Positions 27,301-39,500 of a DNA stretch of 40,437 nucleotides are shown here, piece after piece. The position numbers and the translations under genes were made by a program. Location: positions 62,001-102,437 of the forward strand of contig KZ538198.1 of assembly GCA_000934665.2 (NCBI GenBank). The letters run 5' to 3'. This DNA comes from Catajapyx aquilonaris. Taxonomy: Eukaryota. The notes below the pieces were generated by a model that was given only the letters and a program-made list of their open reading frames with translations, was not told where the DNA came from and did no database searches. Each line of letters begins with the position of its first letter. The first letter of the stretch is position 1.

Positions 27301-30059
27301 GGGAGAAAAGTGTTTCAAGTACTATCAGGTCCCTGACTGCACGCTTTATGTTCCCTGTGGGGACGAGCTAGAAAAAATATACCGACCTGGCTGATGGCTG
27401 CTCAAATATTTATATTGCCCACAATGACTCTTGTATTCAAAGGCAATTATTGAGGGACTTCAAGTACTTCGGGTCGTACAAAATAGACGCAGCAAGTGGG
27501 TAGAAACGCGTGACTTTAACCTCAAACCAGGCAGATTGTACGTTCTTTCAGGATGTTTTGTCAGACTTGCGCCATTGTTGTGTAGAAAACATTGGGTCAC
27601 TGCCAGCTGAAAAATAAAGCGCAGCGACATAAGTTCACGAGCCAAATAATTTTTTCGGCCCATTTTCCTTCGTCGACGCTATCTCAGCTTCAATAGAATT
27701 TATAGCGATAGTGATAGTGGGTGGGAAAGGTCTGGCGACTCCAATTTTAGGCCAGTGAATTGCTGCGATTTTAGAGATATCTCTTTTCACTTGCAACACC
27801 CCCCAGAGTGTCCCTTGACCCCACAACTCTACTGCAGTGTTGGATCCAGGACCCATTGTTTCGAATCGAATGCGGAATTTAAAATTAATCGTGATTGGCA
27901 TCGCGGCCGATACAGTAGTCGGAATTCAATTACTGTAGTTGACATCGATTAGAGCGATGGTGAGAGCGGGGGTTGGCGGTTGTTGGCTGGCATTTTGAGG
28001 CCGAGGTCCGATAGAAATCTCTGGCACTGCAATTCGGTGTGTCTATCGCTATTGGGACGCAAACGTTGTGCTGCCTGTTCCCCAGATACTAATTGAGTCG
28101 GGTTCTTTCAAAAGTTCGCACCTTCACGCGTCCGGACATCCAGTTTTCTTCGCAGCGGCTGCAAAGTGTCGCCGGATCGGGTTTCTGGAATCTTTGGCAC
28201 CACCTCCCGCACCATGGGAGACCTTTGTGATGCTTGACCGCGCCAAGATCTAAGGACCGATAGTTGCTCTTGGCATAAAGAGTGAACCGAACATTCGGGT
28301 TCGGATGCCTTCTGCACGGACCACGGCAATTGCCCCCTTTTTAGCCGCCTTTGCCAACATTGATGCTTATTTTTATGTGATACATCTTCAGCAGGATTGC
28401 TGACAGCCTGGAGGTCACACTACACTAACCTAGCATAAAATTAACCATTTCTACATAACATAGCAGCAAAAGCCGCATTGGCGTATCATATGTTACGTTT
28501 ACTGATTTAAAATTTATTACAACACGCCAACTTGTGAGGCTTGTCACGTGAAGATGTGGGGCATTCCAGTCTCGTAGATTGATTTACTACTTGTACAGTA
28601 TTTCGGTTTCTCTTACGTCTGGAACTTTGTGGCGAATTTCAAATTTGGGGGAAATCGGCGGCCCCCTTTTGTTACTGAGCCTGTGCCTTTGATTTTGAGG
28701 GACGTAAAAGGTTGAACGTGCTTGGAATTTGGCAATGTCAATTAAGGAAGAAAGCTGGAACGATTACGGGCCCAATTGGGAATTTTTTCACAAATTGGCG
28801 AGTTGACATATTCATCAAATAATATTTCGCTCTAGTGCAATAACAAGTCATGTGCTTTTATAAATGGTAAACAGTGCTCCGCTTGTTTCTTCAAAGCAAA
28901 ACCCGTGCCTTTGAATTTTCAAGACCTGCTTCTCTCGAGATCAAAAGGAACTTGGAAATTATAATTGGACCTACCAATGTAAACCAACTTCTCTCAGAAT
29001 TTCGCAGTCTAAGATTGTCCCCATTTTTTTTTTAGCAAACCCAATTTTAATACGAACAGTGCAGCGAACCGCCACTAACTGCCAAATTCAATTTTGTTAA
29101 AAAATTTCTTCCTCCTATTATTCGAGCTCCAGCACTTTCACGAAAATTCTGTCTCCGGCTGGTTCCAAATGGAGCTGTGCATTCTGCCTTTTCTATAGAG
29201 GGTTTTTGCGAATAGGACCTAGCAACGTTGCGGATCTGTGGCGGAAAAGCAGCCGAGCGAGAGACGGAAGTGAATTTGGGCAGCTGGGATGGGGGGGACC
29301 TCTGGAATACATCTGGGGAGATTTGCGATGAACAGGCCTCCCAGATGCGGTAGAAGGAAAAAGCGGAACCGAGTTTTGCCAGCTAGCTGACGTGCAGGAG
29401 AGGGTTTTTTGGGTGGGTTTTTACAAGGATGTTCTCTGTCAGAGGTAGATGCAAGGCTGGCCGACATCCCTTGGAAATATTGATTAGGACACATCACTTT
29501 TTTGTACGATTGGTGGAAACACATATTGCGTCCCTGTTGTGCGTGAATATTGCGTGGGCACCGTATTTTTGGGGGCTTGGCTTGATCAGTTCCAGGGGAG
29601 CTAGGTCGCTATTTTAGTGGCTCCTTGTCCTCTCTCCTTTCCTTTTTCCTTTTGCCCACCCACTCTCCCTCCACCCTCCACAAAGTTCTGAAAGCAGAAA
29701 CTCACGTGGAATCCAGACCGCACAGGCGATATGGCGCGAGGTATGCGCTTGTCTTCCGACACGGATCCTCCTCTCACCACGCATAACCGTACAGTTATTC
29801 TCATCCGCGCTTAATTGCAACCGAAATTGCCGCCGCATGCCTGGCCCCGCTCCACTTTCGCATCCGCAATTTTTTGAGAGGGTTAGCAACATATGTGGAT
29901 AACTCTATTATCGCGAAAAAAAATGTAGCAAAAATATCGACCTTGGCGTGTTCGCAATATTGCGTGACCATATCCACCCAGCATTTTTGGTGATCGGACC
30001 GATTGGTTTTTTTAGGTAGTTTGTGTGTGATGTGATGGTGTGGTGCAGGGTGAGACCAA

Positions 30060-30360
30060 GCAAGAGGTCAGTTGGTGGAGAGGAGTAAAGGTCATCAAAT
30101 GCTTGATGATCCTTTGCGCACCAAGTACTTGGTGCTTCATTCGGCCAGGAAGAAAGGGCTGTGTGAGGGTGAAGTGCGCTGGAACACAGTGTCGTGTCAG
30201 TGCGGGACATGACCCCGGGATGACCATTCCTGCTGCTCCTGGTTCTTAGAGGATGGGATAGGGGATAGGTAGTGGGAGATACACAGAGGAACGGTACAGG
30301 GAGAATTGAGCAGTGGGCCGAGTTGTCCGCTGCCATGTTTGCGGCCTAAGGTGAGAAGGG
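30060..30360 (-). mobile_element. Decayed Ty3/Gypsy-like pol fragment (RT thumb / RT-RNase H connection)
   Basis: Collinear frameshifted peptides on the minus strand: LTLGRKHGSGQLGPL (like YLG..VG.G.v.P), ISHY..PIPSSKNQ (like AI..fP.P.skk.l) and SALHPHTAL...APSTWCAKDHQAFDDL.SSPP (like a.PLt.Ll....f.Wt.ehq.AFd.Lk..l.s.P). Recognised by eye only. Confidence 0.5.
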
Positions 30361-31335
30361 GCTTTTTAAAATGGATAGTTGACGAAACTGTGGAAGGCGG
30401 CATTATTGCAGGGTGTTAATGTGGCTGAGGCATACCAGTATGAAAAATTAAAGGGTGTTGTTAGTAGAGGTAATATATCTTCCACCCACGTAAACACCTG
30501 CAATTTTAATGTCTACTTCCGGACAGCCTACCTTTTACCGAACAGTTCTACTTCTGAAAGTTCCTTTTCTACGAATTGCGATGATCATGGATGCGCTTTT
30601 GAAATCCCTAGACGTGAAGATTAATGGGTGTCCCCCACTTGAATGGTATTCCGATTTCCTTTGCGTGCTTGGTAGCCCTGCTCTTTTTTTGATGGGTGGT
30701 AAAATTGCGATGAGACTTGAAAGTAAAATGGGGCGTAATCGAGCTGCTTGGGTCGATAGAAGCGGCATAGGAGAATGCATGTCAATGTGTCAACGTCGGT
30801 GGGGTTGGTCGTCTCGCTACGTGGCGGCCAGAATTTTCATTTGAATAATCAATCTGACGAGGCGAGCCTCGGAGAAGAGGATTCCAATACTACCTAGCAA
30901 GCCCTCGAAAAATATATTGCTTCAAAAGCATGCCTGCACCATGGGCAGCACACTCTCGAGGTCACTAAATTACTGTTAATATCTTCTAATTTAGGCCAGT
31001 ATGGAAAGCCAGCGCCAATTTATGTCAATCTCCTTCACAAATGGTTCAAGATTGAATTTGCATGTGAAAGTTACTGGAAATTCTGGAAAACTGGGGTCGA
31101 GTCAGGTTGGCGCCATCCATTTTAAGTGGAACGTTTTATTCTCCATGATGATCGCAAATGGTGGAAAAGGAATTTCCAGATTTGGGGCTGGCGAAGTCGG
31201 CAACTTTTCCAATCTCGCCATTCTCAGAGTTGCACACACGCTCTTGAAAAAGGCCAAGTTGGCGAACTACTGCTTGGTTGGCACAAAAATTTGGGACGTT
31301 TGGTAGGCTCCCCCAATTTGGAAAAAGCCAGGGCA

Positions 31336-31650
31336 ATGAAAGAGTGTGTGTGGAAAAGGCCCCTTCTGAAGCTGGCCACCTCTGCAGTTATGCTGAAAGG
31401 GAGAGGTGAGAAAGGCAGTAGCGGCAGCGAGAGTGGTAGCAATCGGCCCAGGAAGAAGTTGTCCTTCCGCGAACCAGAGATCATGGGTTACATGCAAATG
31501 AAGGAGCAGGTTGGGGAGAAGAAGAGCCAGCAGGATGCGGTCGCCTCTTCGGGGCAACAGCAGCCATCCGGTGGATCGCCGCCCCTCCTCATGCGACAGG
31601 TCATCCGCAACCAGCGAATTTCCAACAGCCTCGAAGACTTGCAGTTGGAG
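31336..31650 (+). CDS. NOS1AP: Putative alternative first coding exon of a short CAPON isoform (ATG 31336 or 31390): MLKGRGEKGSSGSESGSNRPRKKLSFREPEIMGYMQMKEQ...NSLEDLQLE
   Basis: Lies in the longest ORF of the window (31126-31671). The 3' part has GC3-rich codons and a protein-like composition. The donor GAG|gtacgg at 31651 is phase 0, matching the phase-0 acceptor at 36364. The 5' boundary is uncertain. Confidence 0.72.
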
Positions 31651-34600
31651 GTACGGTCAGGATGTGACTAACCGACAGTACCACGTGGTTGCCTCAGATG
31701 CGCGCGCAGCTTCTCGGTGGGAAAAGGGCGGGAAGGCCTCTGATTGGTGCGCGCGCATCTGCAGGATCGTTCGATCCGGCATGTTGTTTCCTATGGGGAA
31801 AGGTGCACTTGGAAACACCTGCATGCATGGCGATGTTCGATGGATAGGGAGCTCTTTCTCGCTGAAGCGAGGCACATGGCCCCGGACCACTGGCGGTAAA
31901 GGTCGCATAAACACTCCTCACTTTTCTCTCAACAAAGGGAGGAAGAGGCGGGGATCTTTTATGAAAGCATAAATGTCAAGAGGGCAGCAGCCTTGCCTGA
32001 AAGACGAGATAAGTGCGGGGGGTTGTAGCAGTACGGGGGGTTTTTATCGACTTGTGAGGAATTCGCCAGGCGTTATCACTGCATCTGTGACACCCACATG
32101 GACATTGACGCTCCTGTGCAACCGCAGAATGTGCCATTTCAACTTGCTTATCGGTGCATACAGTATAGCTCTAATCTTATTCGTGGCAAGTAAACGAAAG
32201 AAATTTATATTGCTAAAACAGCCATGAAGTAAGTTACGGTCGTGCATAAACGTGCAGGTAAATGCTCAATTTGTATTAACCCGCGGGAAATTATAGTAAG
32301 CGATAATTATAATCAGCATCGTTATGGGCAAGGTACTGAGCATATCGATAAGTGAGGTCTATTATCGATGAAGCGTTTTCACAGCTGTTTGCCAGGTCGG
32401 TTTATTTTGTTTGAGGTTTAAACGTCAAACTAGTCATTATTCATGCTTTAGTATTAGCGAAAAGTTCTTGTATACTTCTGTATACTATCCAGTACTCGTT
32501 TTAAAGGCAAATGTTAATGTTTCATTGAAGTAACTACCACGATATCGTGATAATAATTCCTGAATGAGTATTGTGCCTGGAATGTTACATTTCTGCCATT
32601 GCTACGGCTTATATAAGTTATCATCTTTTCTTCTAATGAAGGACAGTAACGTAATGATTGTTTCCCATGACAACCCGATGTAGCGGTATTACGCATGACG
32701 TAGGCTCGAAGAAATCAGTTAACTTTTCCCAAGGACTCATATAGGCCTACTTTCTACACCTACAGTATAGGATGTTCCATTGGTCGTTCACCTTGAGGTA
32801 TTCAGATAGCGATTACATGACAGTTACCATGTTGTTATCATCAATCAATTACTTTTAGCGCTATTAATGTGATAGCTGATAATATTGGCTTTCAGAAAAG
32901 TGATCCAAGCCTTGATATCGCATACCAATGGATCCATGTGATTTCCAGGCTTAAAATGGGAACCTGTCTATAACGAACCCTAATGGAGCCGAATGGAGCG
33001 GAAACTTGCTCATTATGGAACTTTTGTTTGGTACTAGCACATGATTTTCCGTGTCCTGCACTTCTTTTACATGTCACGGAAACCTGTTCGGTACTCAAAA
33101 CAGTCAAGAGCATGTAATAGCAGAGCGACTCTGCTACAGGCACGTACAACATTTATTTTACTGTACAGTATACTCTTAATTTTTATATGCGATGTGCATG
33201 GTTGAAGGACAAATCCCGTTCTTGGGCAGTGGCTGTGAAAACTACTTTTTTGCAAGAATAGCCTAGATACGCCAGTCACTTGAAGAGAACTGCTTATAAA
33301 ACGTCTCAAGTTTCTCAAAGAGCAGTTGAGTGACATATCCTGCACACGTTAATGCGTGTATCACACGATTATGAGCCTACTATTTTGCTCGTGCCGAAAT
33401 GTTCAATATCGGTGTGTGCGACGCACAGAGAGCTTTACGGCTCATTATTTTCACAGCTGTGCAAATGCAAATTTGCTTGAAATATTTGCAGAAGCTTCTA
33501 CATAATGCAAGGTATATCATCGCTGCCTGGTTAATTAAAATATGTTAACGGCTCTTCCACACGCTTCACAGTTGAACAGGGGGTTGCAATGTTCTCATGG
33601 AGGAGACGACCACTTAAGATTCCGTATAGCGTCATTATTTATTCGTGTGCAGGGAGAGACCTTTTTGCCGGAAATTTTCTGAAAACTTTTTTTCCCCCTC
33701 TGGTATCTCCTGTCCCTCCAGGCGATTGGGAAAACGCAGGCTGATGGGATGGCCAAGATGGACTTCCATCGTTCCACTCTTATCTCTGGGGGAAAAGCTA
33801 TCTGTTTGCTTTTTCTAAGTTCAAACTTCGAGATGGACGAAAGGCGACTTCTCTTTAGCCAGACTTTATCTTGGATAGCGTTCCTTCAAAAACAGCAGGC
33901 CGTCTTGGCCTTTGACTGACCCATTTGCAAAGGGTGGAGTATTAATAAGGCTGCGTGAAAGGTTGCTCAATTGCGTGTTCGTGACATGGATATACTGCAG
34001 GTGCACTATAATGCATCGTACATTGGTCAACTCTTTATGTCAGATAATATTCGTCTTCATGTTGCAAGCCTGTACTCGTTTTCCCCCCCACAAAATTCCC
34101 ATCGACGTTTATATTACAGTATATGTAAAGCAAATGGTGTATATGCACAGTCGATCCTGATTCACATGCAGTTTCCCCCCATGAATATGAATGCACTCCC
34201 TCACACCGGCGAACTCTGTTGAAAATATAATTCCCCCATTTTGCATATACCTGAACCCTCCAGAGATTCCTCAGTGCAAACCGCCCTACTTCTTTGCCCC
34301 AAGAATAATGGAGGTACGTCCTGTAACTTTATGTCTTCCCGTTGGCCAGCCTATAAAAGCAAGGTTATTCTAAAAGTGAATTTTCCATCGGCTGGACGGA
34401 GAGAGAGAGAGAGTCTGGCGAACGAAGCACCGACCACGTCGGAACTTAATTTCCGGGAACTTGTGGGCGGCAAGCACGTTCATTCGATCTGCTCCTCTGC
34501 AGGCCCGGGAGACTTATACTTCAAATTCAGAGGAACTTGTGTTATTTATTTTCCTACCCCCTTCCCTGCCTGCACGTACCTAAAGTTGCGGCCGATCATT

Positions 34601-36363
34601 CCCTTTTCCTAGGACCTAGGAGATATCTCGTTTTTTTTACGTATGAAAAACCCACAGCTTCCATTTTAGGAAATGCAGAGAGTTTCTGGGCTTATCTCTC
34701 ATGCCGCAGCAAGGGAACTAATTGCCCTCTTATCCCGTCAAAGTCGCTTTGCATTGCAGAGGCGCATGATGTATGCCGAACGGAAGTGCGTCTGGATGAA
34801 TAAATTAGGTTCCTGTGCTCCGGGAATTTAGTAGGGGTAGGATTGGGTGGGTGGTCCGAAGGGTTAGCTAATAATTTCCTTTGAGCAATTATGACTTTCC
34901 AGCCAGAGGATGTCGCTTTTCTGAATCCGGCGTTGATTAGGGGTACGATGCCAGTCCACCGCGGTGCTGCCTTATATGCAACCGCAGCCTGGAGGATTTC
35001 AAATCGGGGTCAGGGTTCTTGGGCTTAGCTGGCCCAAGTCAGGGAGTATAATATCTAGCAATTAGTAAGGTCCCTGTCTTGTTTCCTCGGTTGCTCTAAT
35101 CATGTCGGCCGAAGAGCTTGGTAGCATTTGCAGGGATGGGTTTTTACCTGGAGGATTTGAAGCGGGTTCCAGGATGATTGAAGGTGTCTTTCCTTGAAAG
35201 CTGGGAATGTGAGTCTTTGAGGCATTTGCAGTGGCAGTGTAATTGGACGTGAAAGTGGGCATTACATGGCTCGAGTAATTGCTCATTTATTCTTAAATGG
35301 CGTATTACTGCTGGCCGGTGCCAAAGGCAGGAATGGCTTCAATGTAGGGAATTCCATGTGCGGAATCTCATCAACATTCTGATAGAAGCCATGTTTTGAA
35401 GCGAATGTAGCCGTTCTTCCTCATTATGATGAAAGTATGCGGAGGAGATTGGCAACCCATTTTTTTTCCTCCTGCAGAAATCTGACATCTTCATATAGTG
35501 TACTTCAACATCCATTTCTATCGCTTACCATAAACGAACCCAGAATCCTGCATCCGTCTCATAAACCCAATGTAAAACTTCCGAAGCAAACAAAAATTTA
35601 TTGCCATTTCGCCCGTGCTGTGTCAAGTAGTAAAACTTGAACGGTATATTTTTCCCCGCCCATTTCGAGATGGAAAGTTTATTCGTACGACTGTTGATGG
35701 AGGCGACAAAGAGAGCTAATTTAACGCTGCACTAACACGACTTGGTAAGGAGATTTTGTGGAGTCAGCACTCACGTACCGCATATATTTGCATCGACAAT
35801 CTACGAATACATTTAGCAGCAAGGTTAGAGAGAGAGAGAACGAAGCGTTTTATTTTTATTTCTTGATTCCTCTCAGGTCTATATACGATGGTGTGGGGAT
35901 GCCGGCTTCCTATAATAATGAAGTACTAACAAAAATTTTAATGAAGTAGCTCCTCTCTGCGATAACATTCAGGATGCTTTGAAGATGAAAAGGAGCGCCA
36001 AACTCATTTACCCGGCCCTACAAAACGATCTATTTTTATTACTATCATAATGGCAGACATAACAGACGTAGTTTTTTTGTGTGGAGTGGAGCAGTTAATA
36101 ACTTAGCCGTTAATAGGTTTCCCTGTGTTGAGTTCACCGGAAGCAAATAGAGTGCAGAAATTTCTTTGAAGAGTGGGCCCTAAAAGAGGTTGAATGTGAT
36201 TGCTCTATATGATGGACTGGTTTCATGTTTGCATTAGCAGTGATTAGATTATTGCATGCCAGTCATTTTTGAACCTCTGGTGCACACGTGTACATTTTTC
36301 ATGAATTGTTTTTTTTGCAGGAAATTGGTTTTAAGCAATGTCTATTTTCATGTTCTTCCACAG

Positions 36364-36508
36364 AGCCAGGCCATGCGGATAGTGAGGACTGTGGGTCAGG
36401 CATTCGAAGTGTGTCACAAACTGTCGATACAGAACGCGACCCCGGACCAGCCAGAGGAAGGCGACAGCGAGAAAGGAAGCGAGCCTCTGAGTGAAAAGCC
36501 CAGAAAAG
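36364..36508 (+). CDS. NOS1AP: CAPON/NOS1AP coding exon, 145 nt: [48 protein letters not shown]
   Basis: Acceptor ttttcatgttcttccacag ends at 36363; donor AAG|gtaagc at 36509; phase 0/1. Encodes the C-terminal helix of the PTB domain followed by an acidic linker. Confidence 0.96.
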
Positions 36509-39500
36509 GTAAGCTATATTGAATCAAAATGTCCTGCAATGAATGCGACGCGGTCGACGCCTGATGCGCCGAACAAATCGGCTCATTTTCAACCGATGCC
36601 TGGTCCTGATTACTCATCGGTTGTCAAATTGTGGCCGGGGCTCATCGACGGTGTAAACACTTCAGCTTTTCACAGCTGACCCCAGAAATTAATTCCCCAG
36701 CATTTTGGACCCGGATTATCTAACAGAACGGTAATTTGGTTGCCAACATCATCGAATCCTCCATCAGCCCTCAGGTAATCAATACAAGTGCCGCAATTAT
36801 TAACCAACCCTTGACTCTCGACTTTGTTTGCATATCCAGCATGGAAAAGTGCTGACCGGGTACAGATGGTGTGGTTTTTATCATAGTGTGTGTGGCCAAT
36901 TCGATCTGATAGTTGCAAGGCTGACGGACCCTTTCAGTAATAGTGTTTCAGGGATCACAGAAGAGTGGCTTTTATCCGGATTCAAAGGGATTATTTTTTT
37001 CGGTCTCAAGGGTGCCAACACGCGAGTAAAACCACTTAATCCGTAATGGAGTTTCCTTTGAAATAGTAATGCGATGAAATTCATCCCGGTTCTGATAATT
37101 GGAGGAGACAGAGGGGACTATGCGGTAGTTGCAGTCTGGAGTAAGTAAATCAGGGTGTCCAACCCTTCTTTAATAAATAATCCGGACTCGAGAGAGAGGA
37201 AACAAAGAGGTTGGGCCCAGGAATTGCTCCGGTTTTCTATTCTCGCTAAGGGTAATCTCATTCAACGATTTGGCCCAAATCGCTTTCTTTAAGCGTAATT
37301 GTGAAAAGCCCCGCGCAACAAGGTATGCCTGGGATTAAATTCCCTCTGGAATGCCAATAAGACCATGCAAGCCGGGCCAATTTTTTTTCCAACCCTCTAG
37401 CTTCTTCAGTGTTATTCTTTGCACAGTGGAGGCTCCTTGTCGCAGAAGCTATTCGTCAGCTGGCCCGCACTTATTCTCTAATTGGGCCTTTTATTCTGGA
37501 CGGGCACAAGAGCGGAACATGAATAGTGCTCATAAAGTTGGCTGCCGGAATTATAGCGAATTAGCCCGACTCGGACGAAGAATAATTGAGTTTTCTGTGT
37601 TTGGGATTAATCAACTTGTGAATTAGGCTCGCATTTTACCTTTGACACAAATGCACCGTCATGCTGGATGACTCCACACTATATGATTAATTTGGGTCCT
37701 CGAAATAGTACATCCTTGTTACTTGCTTACCATGTGATTGTAGTGTGATGTTACATAATTCCAATGGTTGTTATCCCGAAAGTGAAATGTTATCCTGACA
37801 TTGGAAGTATCCCTTCAGCCGTCTCTGTTCTTCGGGGTGCATACTACACAGGCGCAACCTTCCTGCCCCTAACCTGCCGAATAATGGCGGAGCTTTTTAA
37901 AGTTTAACAAACTGCTATCGACCAATCATTCCCTGACATTGACTGCTATACCTGCCATTAGAAAACTCCTGCTTCAAAAGCCTTATACTTATCGCCTTGC
38001 GTGAATGCACCGGGTGTTCGCCTTGACCAGTAGCCGGCAGCTTGTAAAAATATATACGTAATGTACAATCTGTCGAACTAAACAAGTCAGGACGTGATTG
38101 ATCACAGCGTTAACTACCCTCTGCAAAAAGTTCGTGAATCTTTAATACACTTGTGTATATACCTCCTTGAAAGCTGGCACACACATACCTTATCCATCTT
38201 GACGGTCTGAAATTGACGAGCAAAAACCCTGGTCCTTTAATACACCCCCTCCTTCTGTTGTTTATTCAATCTTCTTCTGATAAACGGGGGCTTGTCTCTT
38301 AAACACAAGGATGCTTGCTTTTCCCCTCCATTCCTCCTTTTTTTCTTATTTTAAGCCCAGACGCGACGGTGTTTATGGGACAGGATTTGAGCTTGGCACT
38401 CCTTTTTGGCAGGCTGCAAGTAATTGACTCTTGAACAAGGCCTTGTTGTTCGTGCCTCTGACTCCAGATTAGTTTGATCTCTGTGAAATACGCGAGGTGG
38501 AAGAACGAATTTACATGATAAAATCTCTTCGACGCTCGGGTATGCTTGGTTCTTTTGTCTTGTTTCTGGCGTGCAATACCTCGGTTCTAATTGAATAATG
38601 AAACGAGGAGCCTGGTACGTGCATATTTGTTAATGGTCGTGGAAGCATGAGGACTGTTTGTGTAGTTCGTTTCCATTTCCTGAATTACTAGCAGTTACGA
38701 GCAAATGCTGTGTGCATTGGCCTGGAAATTTGGTGCACGTCCGTCAAGGTGTATATTTTCGAGCCCTGGAATTACCTACTTTTAGTGAGGAGTTAACGCC
38801 TGCAGAGCGGACTAATTAAGGGTTGAAAATCTCCCAAGACTTTATGGCAGCGTTATGTACCCCCAACTTCGTTTAAATGTGTTTTAGCGCTTGATTACTA
38901 GAGGAATGCTAATCAGCTTTTGCGTTTCATTACTTAAGGAGATACTCGAAAATGGTGCGTGCCACGCATTCTCGTGTCAATGACCACTTTGCACGATGAC
39001 ACTCGTCAATTGTCAGCTTGCACATAAGTAATGCACTCTATCATTCGTCTGATAAATGCAGGCCATTGGATGTGTCAAAATAGTGGCACTAAATGTGTCA
39101 TCTGTTAGGAAGAGATGATCCAGCCCCTGTGTTTTGACTGGTCTGTCAGCACCATTGAGCTTCGGTGCTTCTCTCCTTAACTCGCATCTACCGAGTCCTC
39201 TGCCCCAGACTTGTTTTATTTTCCTTGCGGTTTTTCTAGTTCCTACGTGTCTTTCTTGACGGCGCCCACTCTATTCTTAGAAGTTGTAAAGCCCGATTGG
39301 GCTGCCACTTACAGATGCGAGGCTCTAAAGATAGTCCCTCGGGCCTGCCTGCCTGCTGCTAGCCCACTTGACTTTTTACTCTACCGAAGAAACGAGCTCT
39401 GATCAAAAAAACATTTCGTCCTTTTTATTATGTTGGGGATGGTCGTGACAACTCGTTACCGATAATTAGAACGGATTATGGCTCAGAAAAAAAATACTCG

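Larger units (their letters stand above)
930..36508 (+). other. NOS1AP: Partial multi-exon gene: CAPON/NOS1AP-like (DYC-1-like) PTB-domain adaptor; 5' and 3' ends outside the window
   Basis: Five exons join in one frame (intron phases 0,0,2,0; last donor phase 1). The product is recognisable as the NOS1AP/CAPON PTB domain, with motifs [50 protein letters not shown] and [21 protein letters not shown]. All introns are GT-AG. Confidence 0.96.

Noticed and set aside
35459..35500. Strong-looking acceptor ttttttttcctcctgcag ending at 35477
   Set aside because: The phase-0 reading stops after 6 codons (TAG) and no good donor is nearby, so it is probably cryptic.
38330..38430. Candidate next CAPON exon after a pyrimidine tract (…ttttaagcccag)
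   Set aside because: The phase-1 translation shows no CAPON-like sequence and the donor is poor. The coiled-coil exons (QQTQ.A.AQV.LL.DQL) were not found in the window.
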